DNA of 64,000 bases from Cystobasidiomycetes sp. EMM_F5 (Eukaryota). A program made the position numbers and the translations under genes. Of the stretch, positions 40,176-53,100 are shown piece after piece. The notes under the pieces were generated by a model. It was not told the DNA's origin. It saw only the letters and a program-made list of their open reading frames with translations, and made no database searches. The stretch's first letter is position 1; every line of letters begins with the position of its first letter. The DNA lies in contig JBPGPT010000022.1 in NCBI GenBank assembly GCA_051047955.1, forward strand, positions 124,001 to 188,000, in the 5' to 3' direction.

Positions 40176-41100
40176 ATGGCATCTGCACCTCCTACGGGTC
40201 CCAACGGGATAGACCATGTCCGACCCATCGTCTTTTTCGACATTCAGATAGGCGACGTATCGATTGGGCGTCTCAAGCTGCAGCTGTACGATGATATCGT
40301 TCCCAAGACGGCAGAGAACTTTAGACAGCTCTGTACGGGAGAGACGAGGTGCGCCGGCAGAGAGCCCATCGTCGAGAACTCGGCCAGTCCGATGGAAACT
40401 AAAGCTGAAATATGGATTGTCGACGTGATGTACACACAGGCGGAATAATGTGCCCCAAGGATTCAAGAATTCGATATTTCACCGGTGCGATGATACCAAA
40501 CATCCAATGCTGTCGCAGATTGCATGCTGACGATGCTACATTGTTTGTTGATTACAGCGTCATCAAGGATTTCATGATACAATGCGTTAAGCTCATCAAA
40601 GGCAAATACTGCGGGGACTAATAGCAGTCCTATCTGCTGTTTGTACAGGTGGAGACTTTGTCAACTCGGACGGAACTGGCATCTTTTCAATATACAACAA
40701 TGGCGGGAAATTTGAGGATGAGAATTTCATCGCCAAACATACTGGGCCTGGGAGTGGGTGCACCTGTCAATGATCATTGATGTAGCCACAGAACTGGCTG
40801 ACAATGCTTGTGCATTCAAAGTCCTTTCGATGGCCAATTCTGGACCGCATACCAACGGGTGTCAAGTGGGTCTATATTATCTGTGCAGAAGACATTTGCT
40901 TTGAATCATGCTGATAGTATGAATAGTTCTTCTTAACGACGGCTGCAGCCGAATACCTGGACGGAAAACATGTCGTACTGGGCTCAATACTGGACACTCC
41001 GGAAAATATGCTGATATTGCGCAAGATTGAAAATGTGCCGACAGGCTTGAACAACCGGCCGAAGAATGTTGTCAAGATAGTAGAATGCGGCGAGATGTGA
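40176..41100 (+). CDS. PPIH: Cyclophilin H-type peptidyl-prolyl isomerase (U4/U6 snRNP-associated)
   Basis: [77 protein letters not shown] and [15 protein letters not shown]...ECGEM*. The last segment is typical of the PPIH subgroup. Confidence 0.85.
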
Positions 41101-41737
41101 AGTGCCAGCAAGCGCGAACGCACAAAAGTCCGAAGATTGTGGCTGCGATGTTTCGCCGAGACTTGTGGCTGTTGTCCAGTCGACTGACTAAATTGATTGC
41201 TGAGCTGACAAAAAGTGCTTTGAAGGCTAGCTGACGCGTCTGCATACAATCGGCTGCATCAGCCGCGTCAGCCTTGACGCAATTGTGATGACTCGGCATC
41301 AGATACCAAAATTGCGACGACTTGTGTCAGGTAGACAGGTGTCTTACGTGGCCAGGTGAATCGTAGGCTGACTCTTATACCCGCCTGCTGCGTGTGTCCG
41401 TATGATGCAAGGCGCAATATATGATACCACTGGTACGGATTGAATGTTAGCGAGCTGCCTGTTGGAGTTCGAGCGAAGTCGGAGGAGGCTTCTGTCGTCG
41501 CCGCAATCCCATTAGTAATGCCGTTGTCTGATGCTCCGATATTGCGAATTGATGGCAATGTATGCCTTAGTAAGCACCAGTCAGGTGACCCAACTTCAGC
41601 CCGACGACAGTCTTGCCATCGCCCAACGCACAGCGAGTCATGAGTCTGCCAACTGGATGATGGAGCAGCTCTGCCTCCGTCATGGACGCCAGCTACAGCT
41701 TGGAGCTGATCTGATATCCTGTTGAAATCTGAAACAA

Positions 41738-44700
41738 ATGACGATGGAGTTCATCGAAGGCTTCGAAGAAGATGACGGCGCAGCTCCAGCTTGGAATGGA
41801 AGCGCGGTAGCATCGGCCTATACATCGACGCCGACGGACCCTTCCGCTGCGAGAGCTCAACCTGGTCATCGGATTCAGCCAACAGAGCCATCCACCGACG
41901 TCAACAATGCAAAGCAGAGCATCTTCAATGGGAGCGGCACGGCGAGCAAGCCATCCACTCTGATCGCATCCAATGGGCATGGTAGTGGATGTTCTCCCGT
42001 AGTCCTAAACGGCAACGACGACGATATCGTCTTGACTGGATATACTCCAGCCCAAGCATCCACAAAGAAGCAACAGGATCCTGCCAACATAGCAGCACGT
42101 CTGCAAGCAGCTCAATACGATCCTCCTGTGCAATATGCTCCGCCCGATAGGTACATACCTCCGTCAATCAGCCATTCAAGCGGATCAGGCGGCAATGATA
42201 GCGCAATGTTCAAGTCACAAACGCCAAATGTACTACACAACCTGCCGCATCAGCCAGGTTCTGTATTCCCCGTAGTCAACAGTGCGAATGGTACTGCGTC
42301 TCCTTTTGCGACTAGTTCCAATCTGGGTCGTATCGCAATGGTCAATGGTTACAATGCACACTTACCGACAGGAACGCGACTGGGCTGGCAGTATCCTGGT
42401 GCTTCTCCATCGCCGTACGTGCTGCCACCAAGTACAATGCCGTACCCACCTCTCAGGAATGGCAAGTCGATCATACTATCCACCCAGAACTCGCAAGGCC
42501 GCGATAACGTGATAGACCTGACGTCAGCAGACGACGGCTCTGATGGCACTCGGACATCTGGCGACGAGATGACTATCAAGTCCGAGCGTTTCTTCGCGAA
42601 TGGGCCAAAGAAGGAGGATGACGATATAGAAGTCGTTGGAGAAAAGCCCTCTGAAGCATCGCATCCCGTATGCATTGGTCAACTCACTGGAATGGCACTC
42701 ATACTCTATCCCATCGCCGAGCTCGCGCACAGTCACGATGCTAAATCTCTAGCACCTAGTCCGATGCCATGTATTGTTGCGAGGGCCGACCCGATGATGC
42801 TCTCCGGGATGCGCAACGAAAACATCAAATTGTACTCGCACAAATCTCACGAGAATTTTGGCGTGATAGAGCAACGGTTGGCGAATGCACTCGGTCCAAT
42901 GCTCACCAAGGACAATCAACGGGGCGCAGGAGTGTGGGTGGAAGCATCCGTCATTCGAACGCGTGAGAAAAGTGTGAGTACTCACGATGAAATCCATAGA
43001 CATGGCTGACGAGCTGATGTCCTATCCAGCCTATGATGCTCAAGCTGATCCTTCTTCTCTACTGTCACCCGCACTTTGTCCAACTCGTTTCCGAATCGCT
43101 CGAGAAGAGTTCCATATACCTCGAGCATCCACCATCATACGACGCAAGTATGCACAGTAATTTTCGATATTTCAACCCCCATGGCACGCGACCGCAACAG
43201 CTCGAAACTGAGCGCAAGCGACGTGAGGCACTCAGTACAATGTCCTCATATGCTATGCGACCGTACGGCGTCAAGAACGTCGAAGTTCAGCGAGAGCAGG
43301 TCGAAGAAATGTTCAAATCCCTGCGGAGTGGTGCCGATTTAGGAGAGGTTGAAGCTGATCCTGCAGTCATTACCAAGCTCTACGCGCACCAGAAGCAGGC
43401 ACTTGCCTTTCTGCTAGATCGCGAACAGCTCAAAACCGTTGATATGACCAGGAATCTACCGGCTGCCAGCACTTCCAGTGCAGGAAATGGCAAGGAAGCA
43501 TCGAAGAAGTCTGACGAAGACGATATGATTTCTCTATGGCGCGCAAGGAGAAATGTTTATGGCAAATTTATAGGCTGGCAAAACGTCGTCACCGAGGTGG
43601 AGATTGGAAGTGACCGACCTCCGCCGCAGTGCAGAGGATCAATACTCGCAGACGACATGGGTCTCGGCAAAACAATTGTCATTATTGCGCTCATCGCAAA
43701 CACCCTCGTTGAAGCGAGGCGCTTCGCAGCAAGTCAGCCAAACAAGTCGCGCGATACCGACTCATTCGATGCGCTGGCTGTACATCCGGCAGGCAAAGCG
43801 GCAGGTCAGCCAAAGATCAGCACAGCAGACTTTAAATCTCCGCTTTTTGGTCTCATGACACAGGCTGGCTCAAGTATCGCCGGGATTGCTGGGACCGGTA
43901 CGAATAAGGCAGGCAAGAAGAAGGAGACCAAGACGCAGAGAAAGCGAGAGGACGCGGAAGCTGCGAGACTCGAGAGATTGCGGATACGCAGCAGGGCAAC
44001 GCTTATCGTCTGCCCTCTCTCAACGGTCGTGAATTGGGAATCTCAGCTAGACGAGCATATTGGAATCAAAGGGGTGGCATCGACTGCAAAGCGTGGAAGA
44101 GGTGATCAGAGCGGTTCTTCAAGTCCGACAGCGGGCCTCTCCGTCTATGTATACCATGGCAATAATCGGACATCGATTCTCGGTGAGCTGGCGGATCACG
44201 ATGTTGTTATTACGACGTTTAGCACGCTTGGAAGCGAATATTCAAAGCAGTGTCGCAAGGAGGAGCAAGACATGGACGGGACGGAATCTTCAGATGGAGG
44301 CATTGAAGAAGTAGACGCGACAGGGCAAGCGGTGAAGCCGAAAGGCAAGAAAAGAAAGCGAAGGAAGATAGAAGGCGATGGCTGTAGTCCACTGCAGCAG
44401 ATCGAATGGTTTCGCGTAGTGCTCGACGAGGCACACATGATCAAGGAGCATTCCACCATTCAAGCTCGAGCTGCTTGCGAGCTCTCAGCGGAACGACGTA
44501 CCTGCCTGACTGGCACACCGCTCCAAAACTCCCTCAATGACCTCTTCTCGTTAATGAGCTTTCTCAAGATTGAGCCTTTTACCGATCGCAGTATCTGGAC
44601 AGCCTACATCGGCGGTCCGGCAAAGTTGGGTGACCCCCTGGGAGTATCTCGACTACAATTGCTCATGCGACATCTCGCTCTCCGTCGAACTAAACAAAGT

Positions 44701-46387
44701 ACCGATAAAGAAGGTCGTCCAATCTTGGAGATACCACCGAAGAAGGATGAGATTCGGTATCTTCAGCTGGACGAACAAGAAAAGGCCTTTTACAATTCTC
44801 ATCATCGACGATATAAACACAATTTCGAGCTTCTTGCAAAGAGCGACTCCTTGCTCAGAAACTATTGTAGTATCCTGCAGGAAGTGCTACGTTTACGGCA
44901 AATATGTGCTCACATGGCGCTGGTACGGGACAGCGAGGACAGGGCCGACAGTTCGAAAGGCGAAGATCCCGACGATGTAGTCACAGCCATAAAGGCGCAT
45001 GGACTATCGAAGCCCAGAGCATTGCGGCTGCTGGCATTGATGCGCGATACCGGCGCAGCGCAATGTGCCGAGTGCGATGTCGAATTGGCGTCTGCCAATA
45101 TAAACGTCGGGCAGGACGCTATGGAAGCAGAGGAAGCGGTCAAATCTGTCAAGAAGCAACGCAAGCTCAAGAAGGAGAAACAGAACGCATCTTGTACGCC
45201 TTCGGCAGACATCGACGAGACTTTCGCTGCAACAGCTCCTACCCCTGTGTTGACGAGATGTCAGCATTTATTCTGCCTCGCCTGCTTCCAGAAGAACATG
45301 GCCGTTAATTTCCCCGATGCTGTCAGTGCAGCGGATCGCTCTATATGCTCGATCTGCCGCGAAGAATTTTCTCCTGCTATCGATGCGGTTCACCTATCTT
45401 CGACAGAGATGGCAATGTTGAACGGTCAAGAGGAGGATGACGACCCTGGCGGCAAGTTGTCGAAGCGGCATATCGTAGAACACAGCACAAAGATTCGGTG
45501 AGTCAAGCAGATGTGCAGATACTGGATAACATGAACTGAGAGGTCAGCTCCATCGCAGGGCGTTGATGCACGATCTCATCATTTTCTCACAAAATAATCC
45601 CGCGTCCCGGAACTACATTGGCGGTGCTGCAGATCTTGCTGGAATTGATGAAGATCCCATGTTTCAGCCAACACGCAGCGATAGCGTCAAAACGGTGGTG
45701 TTCTCGCAATGGACAAAGCTGCTCGATAGGTAGGCAAATTGTGTACACTGCACTGCAATACAGACAACGAAGCTGACTGCGATTTTGACAGATGCGAGGA
45801 CGCTCTGAATGAATGCAAGATCTCTTTCGATCGTCTGGACGGTGGGATGGCTAGGCCCGAAAGGACAAAAGCACTGAACAATTTCAAAGCCAATCCGGTC
45901 TGTGAAGTGCTTCTAGTCTCTCTGAGAGCCGGGGGAGTTGGGTACGTGTGGCGCACCTTGGCGATCGCTAGGCTCAATGCTGACATTGTGTGAGTATAGA
46001 CTGAACCTCACGCACGCGTCTCACGTTTACCTACTTGAGCCAAGTTGGAATCCAAGCGTAGAGGTAAATGTCTTTCGTAAAACGGCAGCACGGCAGACGA
46101 GTCACTGACTCTTCCGGCAACAGAATCAAGCCGTGGATCGCATCCATCGTTTAGGACAAACTCGACCCGTAAAGACAGTCAGACTGGTCGTGAAAGACAG
46201 TATCGAAGCGAATATGCTTGAGATTCAGAAGAGAAAGATACAATTGTATGGAGATCCGTATTCTGTTTAGGAATGTAGCTGAAGCCGGCATGTCTTTCAC
46301 AGGGCCAATCTCTCACTAACGCAGACTTTATCGAAAGCTCAATTGGCCGAACGTCGCCTCGAGGACCTGCGTACTCTCTTCAAGTAG
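41738..46387 (+). CDS. SNF2-family helicase with RING finger, Rad5/HLTF-like
   Basis: GSILADDMGLGKT, TLIVCPLS, WFRVVLDEAH, LTGTPLQN, RING CAEC...CQHLFCLAC...CSIC, VVFSQW, LVSLRAGGVG/LNLT, QAVDRIHRLGQ; HIRAN-like region in exons 1-2. Confidence 0.9.
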
Positions 46388-46670
46388 TACATTATGTAGC
46401 AAGCATGACGACTGCCCGCCATTCTGGATGTTGTACATGAAGCAGATGCGTGACCGAAGCAGGTCCGCCAGGTATCGCACAATTCGTACATCAATTATTG
46501 GCCATTGCGCACTTTGCTTGCACTTCCAAGTGGGTTTATATACAACAACAACTGTACTCCAGCATACAGACGATCAAGTCGTGGGCTTGTGTGATGTCCT
46601 ATCGATCGTTCGCCAGGATCGTAGCCAGTGGAGCCTCCGACTCCATCTTGAGGGGGTCCGAATCGTACAG

Positions 46671-49600
46671 CTACTTCGCTACCAAGTTTCCGGTTGTTGC
46701 GACACTACATGATCTCCTGTAGTATCCAGCCTCCGCGGCATCGGATTGCACAAAAGCCTGCATATCAAGCAAGTCCATCTCCCTTCTCGCTGCACCTGGG
46801 GCGGCCGCGCAGGTAGGCTCGCGGATTTTACGAAGCAGCCGCGCCAGCATGCCCAACATAGCGGAATAAAATCGCTCATCAATCTTGATGCCAGAAGCAG
46901 GATCATGTACGTCTGTATAAATATCCCAAGCGAGATTCATCGACGGCAATTGCCCTTCAGCCATATACCGCAAGCGATTGGGCGATAGCCGCCTATCAGG
47001 TAAGAATTTGACACTCTCTCGTCGGAACCAGGCAACCCTCGGTAGGACGCTGACTGGAGGCCCTGTAAAAGGTAAGTTCAAGGGTGCCTCAAAATTAGAA
47101 GGAATCTCACCATGTGCGAAAGCGCTATCATCATATTCTTCATCAGAGCTATGACTGGCAGCGATGTCTTGCATTTCTACAGGAGCGCGATCGGCGTAGA
47201 TTTGTATCATGCACGTATAGGCGGCGATAGGCATTTTCCAGTTCTGATTCGTAGACTCCAGCACCGCGATGGCCCATACTCTCTCTGCTAGGTCAAACAG
47301 CCTGCCCCGAGCGAGCCCTTTCAGCAGGCTAGTTGCAATCTCTGCGTCCCTGAACCACTGCTCGATCCGCAACCCGGGATTTGCGTGAATTCTCTGCGCG
47401 GTGTGCTCCTGTAGAGTACCCGCAGTCTCTTCTCGGAATCTACGAAACCCTCGCCTTCCACCCTGCAGCCCGTGAACATAGCTACTCATGATAAAGCAGA
47501 AGTGGGCGAAAAATCGTATGAGATGTATATGACCGACGGAAGCCCAATAGGAGAGCGTCATGCTGATGATCTCATTCGGGACACCTGCGTAGAGCAGGGC
47601 CTCGGCTTGCCACGTATCTTCGAGGACGTTACCTAGCCGCCCTCCTTTGCGCAAAGGCCTGTGCTCGAACAGCTCGGCGTTGTCGCGCATGAGGGCAGCT
47701 ACACTTGCTTGTGTCCTAGGGACACTCGACCAACAGGGAAGCGAAGAATGCTCTTCACTAACGTGAGAATGGGTGTCAACATAAACGCGCGCTAGGTAGC
47801 CAGTTAGGAGCGTACGAGCCAGAGAGCGATGGAGAATGGCTTGATGCCGTACACGCGTCTGCATGATGCGAAGGTGTATGTGCGTGGGGTCGTAGATAGC
47901 ACCTCTGCCCGACACGTCGGTTTGCATGACTCTGTGAACCACGACATCGAAAAATCGAGACGCGATTTCATTCGACTTCAGGTGCTTGTATGCAAACAGC
48001 AGTAGGAGATGCAGTGACGAAAGGTCTCCTGCGACCGTCTCAATCAAGGCCGCTCGGCCCTTCTCTACTGCAGAAGGCAGCTCACGCCTTTCTGCGCGGA
48101 GTTGCCAAGGATTACAGCGGCCATCGTAGTAGATGTCAAAGACCCGTGGCAGTTCAGTCACGCCCCTCTCCTTGTCTGACTGTGCCGAGAAGTAGGAGAG
48201 TAAATCCGCAATAAGTCTGCTCAAGATACGCTTGGAGGTATAATGTAGTGTTTCGTAGAAAGCGGTGTCCTCATTGTCCGCGAGACGCCTCCCCTGAGAT
48301 CTCCGCTGCGATGTTGTGACGATATGAGCACGATCGAATCGTGACGGAAGGAGTTGAGGACTACGGCCTTTGCTGCGAACTTTACGTGGACGTTCCGTAC
48401 TAGGCGGCGCCAAATTGATGAACAGCTCTAGCAACTCTCGTACAAGGAGGACATCAAGTTGAGAATTCTGATCAAAGAGGTCGAGAAGCACTGAGCAGGC
48501 GTCCGTGGCTTGCTTCGACTTAGCATCAACCCCTCCGAAAGGTGTCGCAATTGCCAATACGAATAGATCACGGTGGATAGTTTTCTTGATCAAGCGTAAT
48601 GAATGTCTGAGGGGGTCAATGTGACGTAACATCACTGCATCTCGTTGTGCTGCACGAAAGTATGCCGACCAAGCCAGGGCTGCCAGACGAACATCGGTCC
48701 CTTCAATGCCATTTCGTTTTCGATCTTTGCTGTGCCATGGCGCTTTGATGGCGGTAGCTATTTCCAATGCGCGCTGACATACATCGAGGGGTGTGTTTTC
48801 GTCCAATGTCGCGAAATAGCTGTACAACTCCTTCATAAGGTCGTATACGGCGATCGATCCAGGTGGACTCCATTCCGAGTCGTCTGGAATTATTTCCGTC
48901 GTTGAGCTTGCCTCATATTGGTGCTGGGCCATTGCCTCAGCGACACCACTGGCAAAGTCTTCGGGCGGATGCAACGTCGAGTTATCTGATGCTATTTCCA
49001 TCATTGAGCTTGCTTCATCTTGGGTATCGCTTTGCTGATTGCCGCCAGACGTAGCAGGTGCCTGTGCAATATCGATGCTGCTGGAGACGAGGTTGCTGGA
49101 GAAGTGTCTCTGTCCTCCATTGCCATGCTTTGGAATACTGCCAGGGACATCCTCTCCATCATGTCCCTCACTGCCATCCTTTGCAATATTGCCGAGGACG
49201 TCCTCTCCTTTACATCTCCCACTGCCATCTGCTGTAGCTGCATGCAGATTGACGCTGACCTCCATTCTTTTGGCAGCGTCGTTACGAGCTTGTGTAACGA
49301 TGAGACCTGTATTTTCAGACTGGCCGTATTGGGAGAGAGGTAGTCTACACGGCGCGTTTGGAGTTGGACATCTGCCAACAGTAGTGCTGTTGAATAGCCT
49401 GTCTGCCTTTTCAACCGGATATGGTGCTTCACTGGCCGAGCCATCCTGCGTGCTTTTCCCACAGGAAGTACGTGGTTGGAGTGTCGTTGATGTTGTTTCT
49501 CCCGACGCATACAAAGGTCTCGAGATGCTCACATCTTGGCCGTCTGAATGCTGCCCAATTTCGGGCTCTCTATCTCCAGCATCCTGCGTGCTTTTCCCAC

Positions 49601-50036
49601 AGGGAGGACGCGATTGGAGTGTCGTTGATGTTGTCTCTCCCGGCGCATACAAAGGTCTCGAAATGCTCACATCTTGGCCATCTAAAAGCTGCCGAATTTC
49701 AGGCTCCTTCTCTCCAGCAACACTTGCCATCCCCCTCGACTGCCTGTAGCCGTACGCCGAGTGAGTGTGCCAGTTGTCAAAGAGGAGCGGAAGGAGGGAG
49801 AGTGCAGAGAGGTTGAGTAGCCAAAAGTGGGATCTTGACGAGTTTCGCTGCCCGGCTCTGGCCATCAACGGAGAAGTCGCAGAAGCAGCCTGGGCGGCCG
49901 TGGAGAGGGTAGTGTACCGGGTAGCCTGCCTATTGAATGGCCTGCCCTGCTTGAAGAGGCCAGGTCTGCCTCGAGACCGCCATGGGAGGCGGAGGTGCAG
50001 CTCGAGGTGGAGCTGCGAGGGAGTAAAGTGAGGCAT
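46671..50036 (-). CDS. Large uncharacterised protein, probably mitochondrial, with degenerate PPR-like C-terminus and internal repeats
   Basis: 1121-aa uninterrupted ORF; Arg-rich, acid-poor N-terminus; SLLKGLARGRLFDLAERVW, MPIAAYTCMIQIYA and IDERFYSAML resemble PPR motifs. Confidence 0.65.
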   Translation of the reverse strand: MPHFTPSQLHLELHLRLPWRSRGRPGLFKQGRPFNRQATRYTTLSTAAQAASATSPLMARAGQRNSSRSHFWLLNLSALSLLPLLFDNWHTHSAYGYRQSRGMASVAGEKEPEIRQLLDGQDVSISRPLYAPGETTSTTLQSRPPCGKSTQDAGDREPEIGQHSDGQDVSISRPLYASGETTSTTLQPRTSCGKSTQDGSASEAPYPVEKADRLFNSTTVGRCPTPNAPCRLPLSQYGQSENTGLIVTQARNDAAKRMEVSVNLHAATADGSGRCKGEDVLGNIAKDGSEGHDGEDVPGSIPKHGNGGQRHFSSNLVSSSIDIAQAPATSGGNQQSDTQDEASSMMEIASDNSTLHPPEDFASGVAEAMAQHQYEASSTTEIIPDDSEWSPPGSIAVYDLMKELYSYFATLDENTPLDVCQRALEIATAIKAPWHSKDRKRNGIEGTDVRLAALAWSAYFRAAQRDAVMLRHIDPLRHSLRLIKKTIHRDLFVLAIATPFGGVDAKSKQATDACSVLLDLFDQNSQLDVLLVRELLELFINLAPPSTERPRKVRSKGRSPQLLPSRFDRAHIVTTSQRRSQGRRLADNEDTAFYETLHYTSKRILSRLIADLLSYFSAQSDKERGVTELPRVFDIYYDGRCNPWQLRAERRELPSAVEKGRAALIETVAGDLSSLHLLLLFAYKHLKSNEIASRFFDVVVHRVMQTDVSGRGAIYDPTHIHLRIMQTRVRHQAILHRSLARTLLTGYLARVYVDTHSHVSEEHSSLPCWSSVPRTQASVAALMRDNAELFEHRPLRKGGRLGNVLEDTWQAEALLYAGVPNEIISMTLSYWASVGHIHLIRFFAHFCFIMSSYVHGLQGGRRGFRRFREETAGTLQEHTAQRIHANPGLRIEQWFRDAEIATSLLKGLARGRLFDLAERVWAIAVLESTNQNWKMPIAAYTCMIQIYADRAPVEMQDIAASHSSDEEYDDSAFAHGEIPSNFEAPLNLPFTGPPVSVLPRVAWFRRESVKFLPDRRLSPNRLRYMAEGQLPSMNLAWDIYTDVHDPASGIKIDERFYSAMLGMLARLLRKIREPTCAAAPGAARREMDLLDMQAFVQSDAAEAGYYRRSCSVATTGNLVAK
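49442..49717. repeat. 138-bp tandem duplication (2 copies, about 89% identical)
   Basis: Copies at 49442..49579 and 49580..49717 with 15 substitutions by hand count and no indels; encodes a 46-aa repeat (EPEI..DGQDVSISRPLYA.GETTSTTLQ.R..CGKSTQD). Confidence 0.95.
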
Positions 50037-50184
50037 GGCGGACAGTGCCGAGGGCTTGTCTGGTTATGGGGACATGTTGGAGTAAATGGATGGATGGACA
50101 TTCAAAAGTTGCAAAAGTAATCTAATCTAATCTAATCAGAATCGCTTTTCGACTCGTTCAATACAGACGAGCATTACAACTACG

Positions 50185-53100
50185 ATGGCTCGCGCGTACG
50201 ACAGCGACAGCAGCGTCGACAACAGCAGCCAGGCTTCCGACAATATCGCCAATTTCCACGACAATGCAGCCTCGACGCCCCCGACGAGCGCAGTCAAGAG
50301 CAAGGCAAACAAGACTCAACAGCGCGTATTGTTATCGCACTTTACTGGTCACAGCGACGACGATTCACTACAGCTGTCGAGTGCCATTCCCGACCCCGAC
50401 GCGTCAATCTCGTACAATTGTAGAGGGAATACGAATACGGAATACGACAAGACCCCTCCCAGTAGTCTGCACGGCACTCTTAGGTGCGCTAATACTCGCC
50501 GTTCTCGCTCATATATTCTCCCGCTATCATCGTCCCTCATCTCTCCCTGCGCGATCATAAGGATCAGCCGCTGACTTTGTGACTCTGCTCCAAGCAGGTC
50601 TTCAACGAGCACTGCAGCTTCCGAGTATAAGGGGTACTCGACTGCTCACTCTGGCGCTCGGCAACCAGTACTCGCCTCGGAGACTGCCCCTTGGAATGCC
50701 CGACAGAGACTGCGTAGACCCTCGCCAGAAGTGGTGATTCATCTAGACAGAAACGGGAGAAGTATGAGCATACTGGGCAAGAGCAACGGCGGAAGCAACG
50801 GCGTGAGCGACGGCGTGCGCAAGCAGACAGTGCAGCAGAGGGGTAATGGGCTAGTCGAGGACTCGTCTGTCATGTCAGTGGAGGATGACCTGTCGGATCT
50901 CAGCGACATGCAAGCCGACGAGCAAGCTACAGCCAACGAGCACAAAATCGATATAAAGCGCGTAGCAGACGCCATCCTCGTCAAGGCAGGACAGATTGCC
51001 TCTGCTAAAGCAGCAGCAGCAGCGTCTACCAGCAGCAACGGCAAGGGCAAGAGCAAGGGGAGGGCGCGCGGAGTAAAGGCAAAGGCCGAGAGCGACATCG
51101 AGGCAAAAGAGACGCTAGACAAGATTCGCAAGCATTTTCTAGATAAACGGGGTGAGGGTAGTGCAACCAAGAGCAAGAGCAAGAGTGCGAGCAAGTCTAC
51201 TTCCGCCTCCTCGTCGACGCGCAAGGCCGGGGACGAGCCAAAGCGATTGACTTCAAAGCAAAAGGGTAAAGGCAAGGCTCGACAAGTCTCAGAGGACGAA
51301 GAGGAAGATGAGCTCAAGAGCGATGATATGACCGACGACGACGACGACGACATGCCGATCAAGCGCAAGAGAGCAATCAAGCCGTCAAATGGATATTCGC
51401 ACAAGAAGCTACGCATAGTGCGTGAAAGCAGCGGAGAGGAGAGCGAGTTTTCACTTGGACAGGAAATGGAGAATGATGGGGAGGGAGATCCCGAAAGCGC
51501 CCTGTCCGACGTATCCTCAGATGAGGATAATCCGCAGTCCGGGACGCCTGCAGCAGGTAGGTTCTGAGCAATGATTTCTTGCTGAGTATGCAATGGCTAA
51601 CGCATGATTCTGTACTGGATAGCTGTCCGGGCAGCAACTGCGCGGTCCCGTAGAAACAGGATCAAGTCCGTCAAACTCACATGGTGGGAAAAGAACGAAG
51701 AGGCACTTCGCCTACACCACCCAGAACTCCGTACCGTCTGGCAAGACTTGAAAGAATTGGCTGTGATCAAACCAGTCAAGGCGGATCAGCCGGATGGCCT
51801 CACTCTGAAACTCCTCCCTTTCCAGCAGGAAGGTTTGTATTGGATGCTCGAGCAAGAGAAGGGTCCATGGCGTGGAGGGATGCTTGCCGATGAGATGGGA
51901 ATGGGCAAGACAATCCAGACAATCTCCCTCATTCTTTCCGACCACGATCCAAATGTGAAGAAGCATACTCTCATACTCGCTCCCGTCGTGGCCATCATGC
52001 AGTGGCGTAACGAATTCAACAAATTTACAAGCGGAATGAAAGTCTGCGTATGGCACGGTGGAAACCGTAGTAACGACGCGCAGGAACTACTCAAGTTTGA
52101 TGTCGTCCTTACCTCGTACTCTGTGCTCGAGAATACCTTTAGAAAGCAGAATACTGGCTTCAAGCGAAAGGGCGAGCTGATCAAGGAGGATTCCGTCTTA
52201 CACTCCATCATGTGGCATCGTGTCATTCTCGACGAAGCTCATAACATCAAGGACCGGTCCTGTAACACCGCTCGAGGTGCTTTTGCGCTCAAGTCAGACT
52301 TCCGGTGGTGCCTGTCTGGTACACCTCTGCAGAATCGCGTCGGCGAGCTGTACTCTCTTATCCGATTCCTCGGCGCCGATCCATTTGCGCACTACTACTG
52401 CAAAAAATGTCCCTGCAAGTCTTTGCACTGGCGCTTTAGCAACAAACGTACGTGCGACGAGTGCGGTCATACGCCAATGCACCACATTTGCTACTGGAAT
52501 AACGAAATTCTAAAGCCTATACAAAAGTACGGTGCCACGATCGAAGGGCATGGCAAAGGTGCATTCGAGAAGCTGTCGCTGCTTCTTGCCCGCATGATGC
52601 TCAGACGTACCAAAGTCGAGCGTGCGGACGACATGGGCTTGCCACCACGCGATGTGGTCGTTCGTCGCGATTTCTTCACAGAAGAGGAGGAGGAATTCTA
52701 CTCTTCGCTTTACTCGGATGTCAAGCGCACATTCTCCACCTATGTGGCTGCCGACTCGCTCTTGAACAATTATGCCAACATCTTCCAGCTTTTGACACGC
52801 ATGCGTCAGACAGCCTGCCATCCAGACATGGTGCTTAAGGGTCGTTCAGCTCAAGCTTTGCTCGGCAACCCAGCAGAGCCAACTTCAATCTCGACGTGTC
52901 GTATTTGCCTCGACGAGAGCGAAGAACCCGTCATGAGCAAGTGTCGCCATGTCTTTTGCCGCGAGTGCATACGCCAATACCTGGAGACATCGCTCGAAGT
53001 GGAACCCGAATGCCCTGTCTGTCATTTGCCAATCAGTATCGATTTGACGCAGGAGGCCAACGAAGAAATCACGCAAGCTCGACAGGGTATGCTCGAAAAG

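Noticed and set aside
41284..41370. GTGATGA...CTGA C/D-box-like pair between cyclophilin and the helicase
   Set aside because: No terminal stem and no rRNA-complementary guide that I could recognise.
50739..51593. 284-aa antisense ORF over the RAD16 N-terminus (similar ones at 13040..13786, 26580..27149, 49039..49749)
   Set aside because: Shadow ORFs of low-complexity coding sequence on the opposite strand; no independent motifs.
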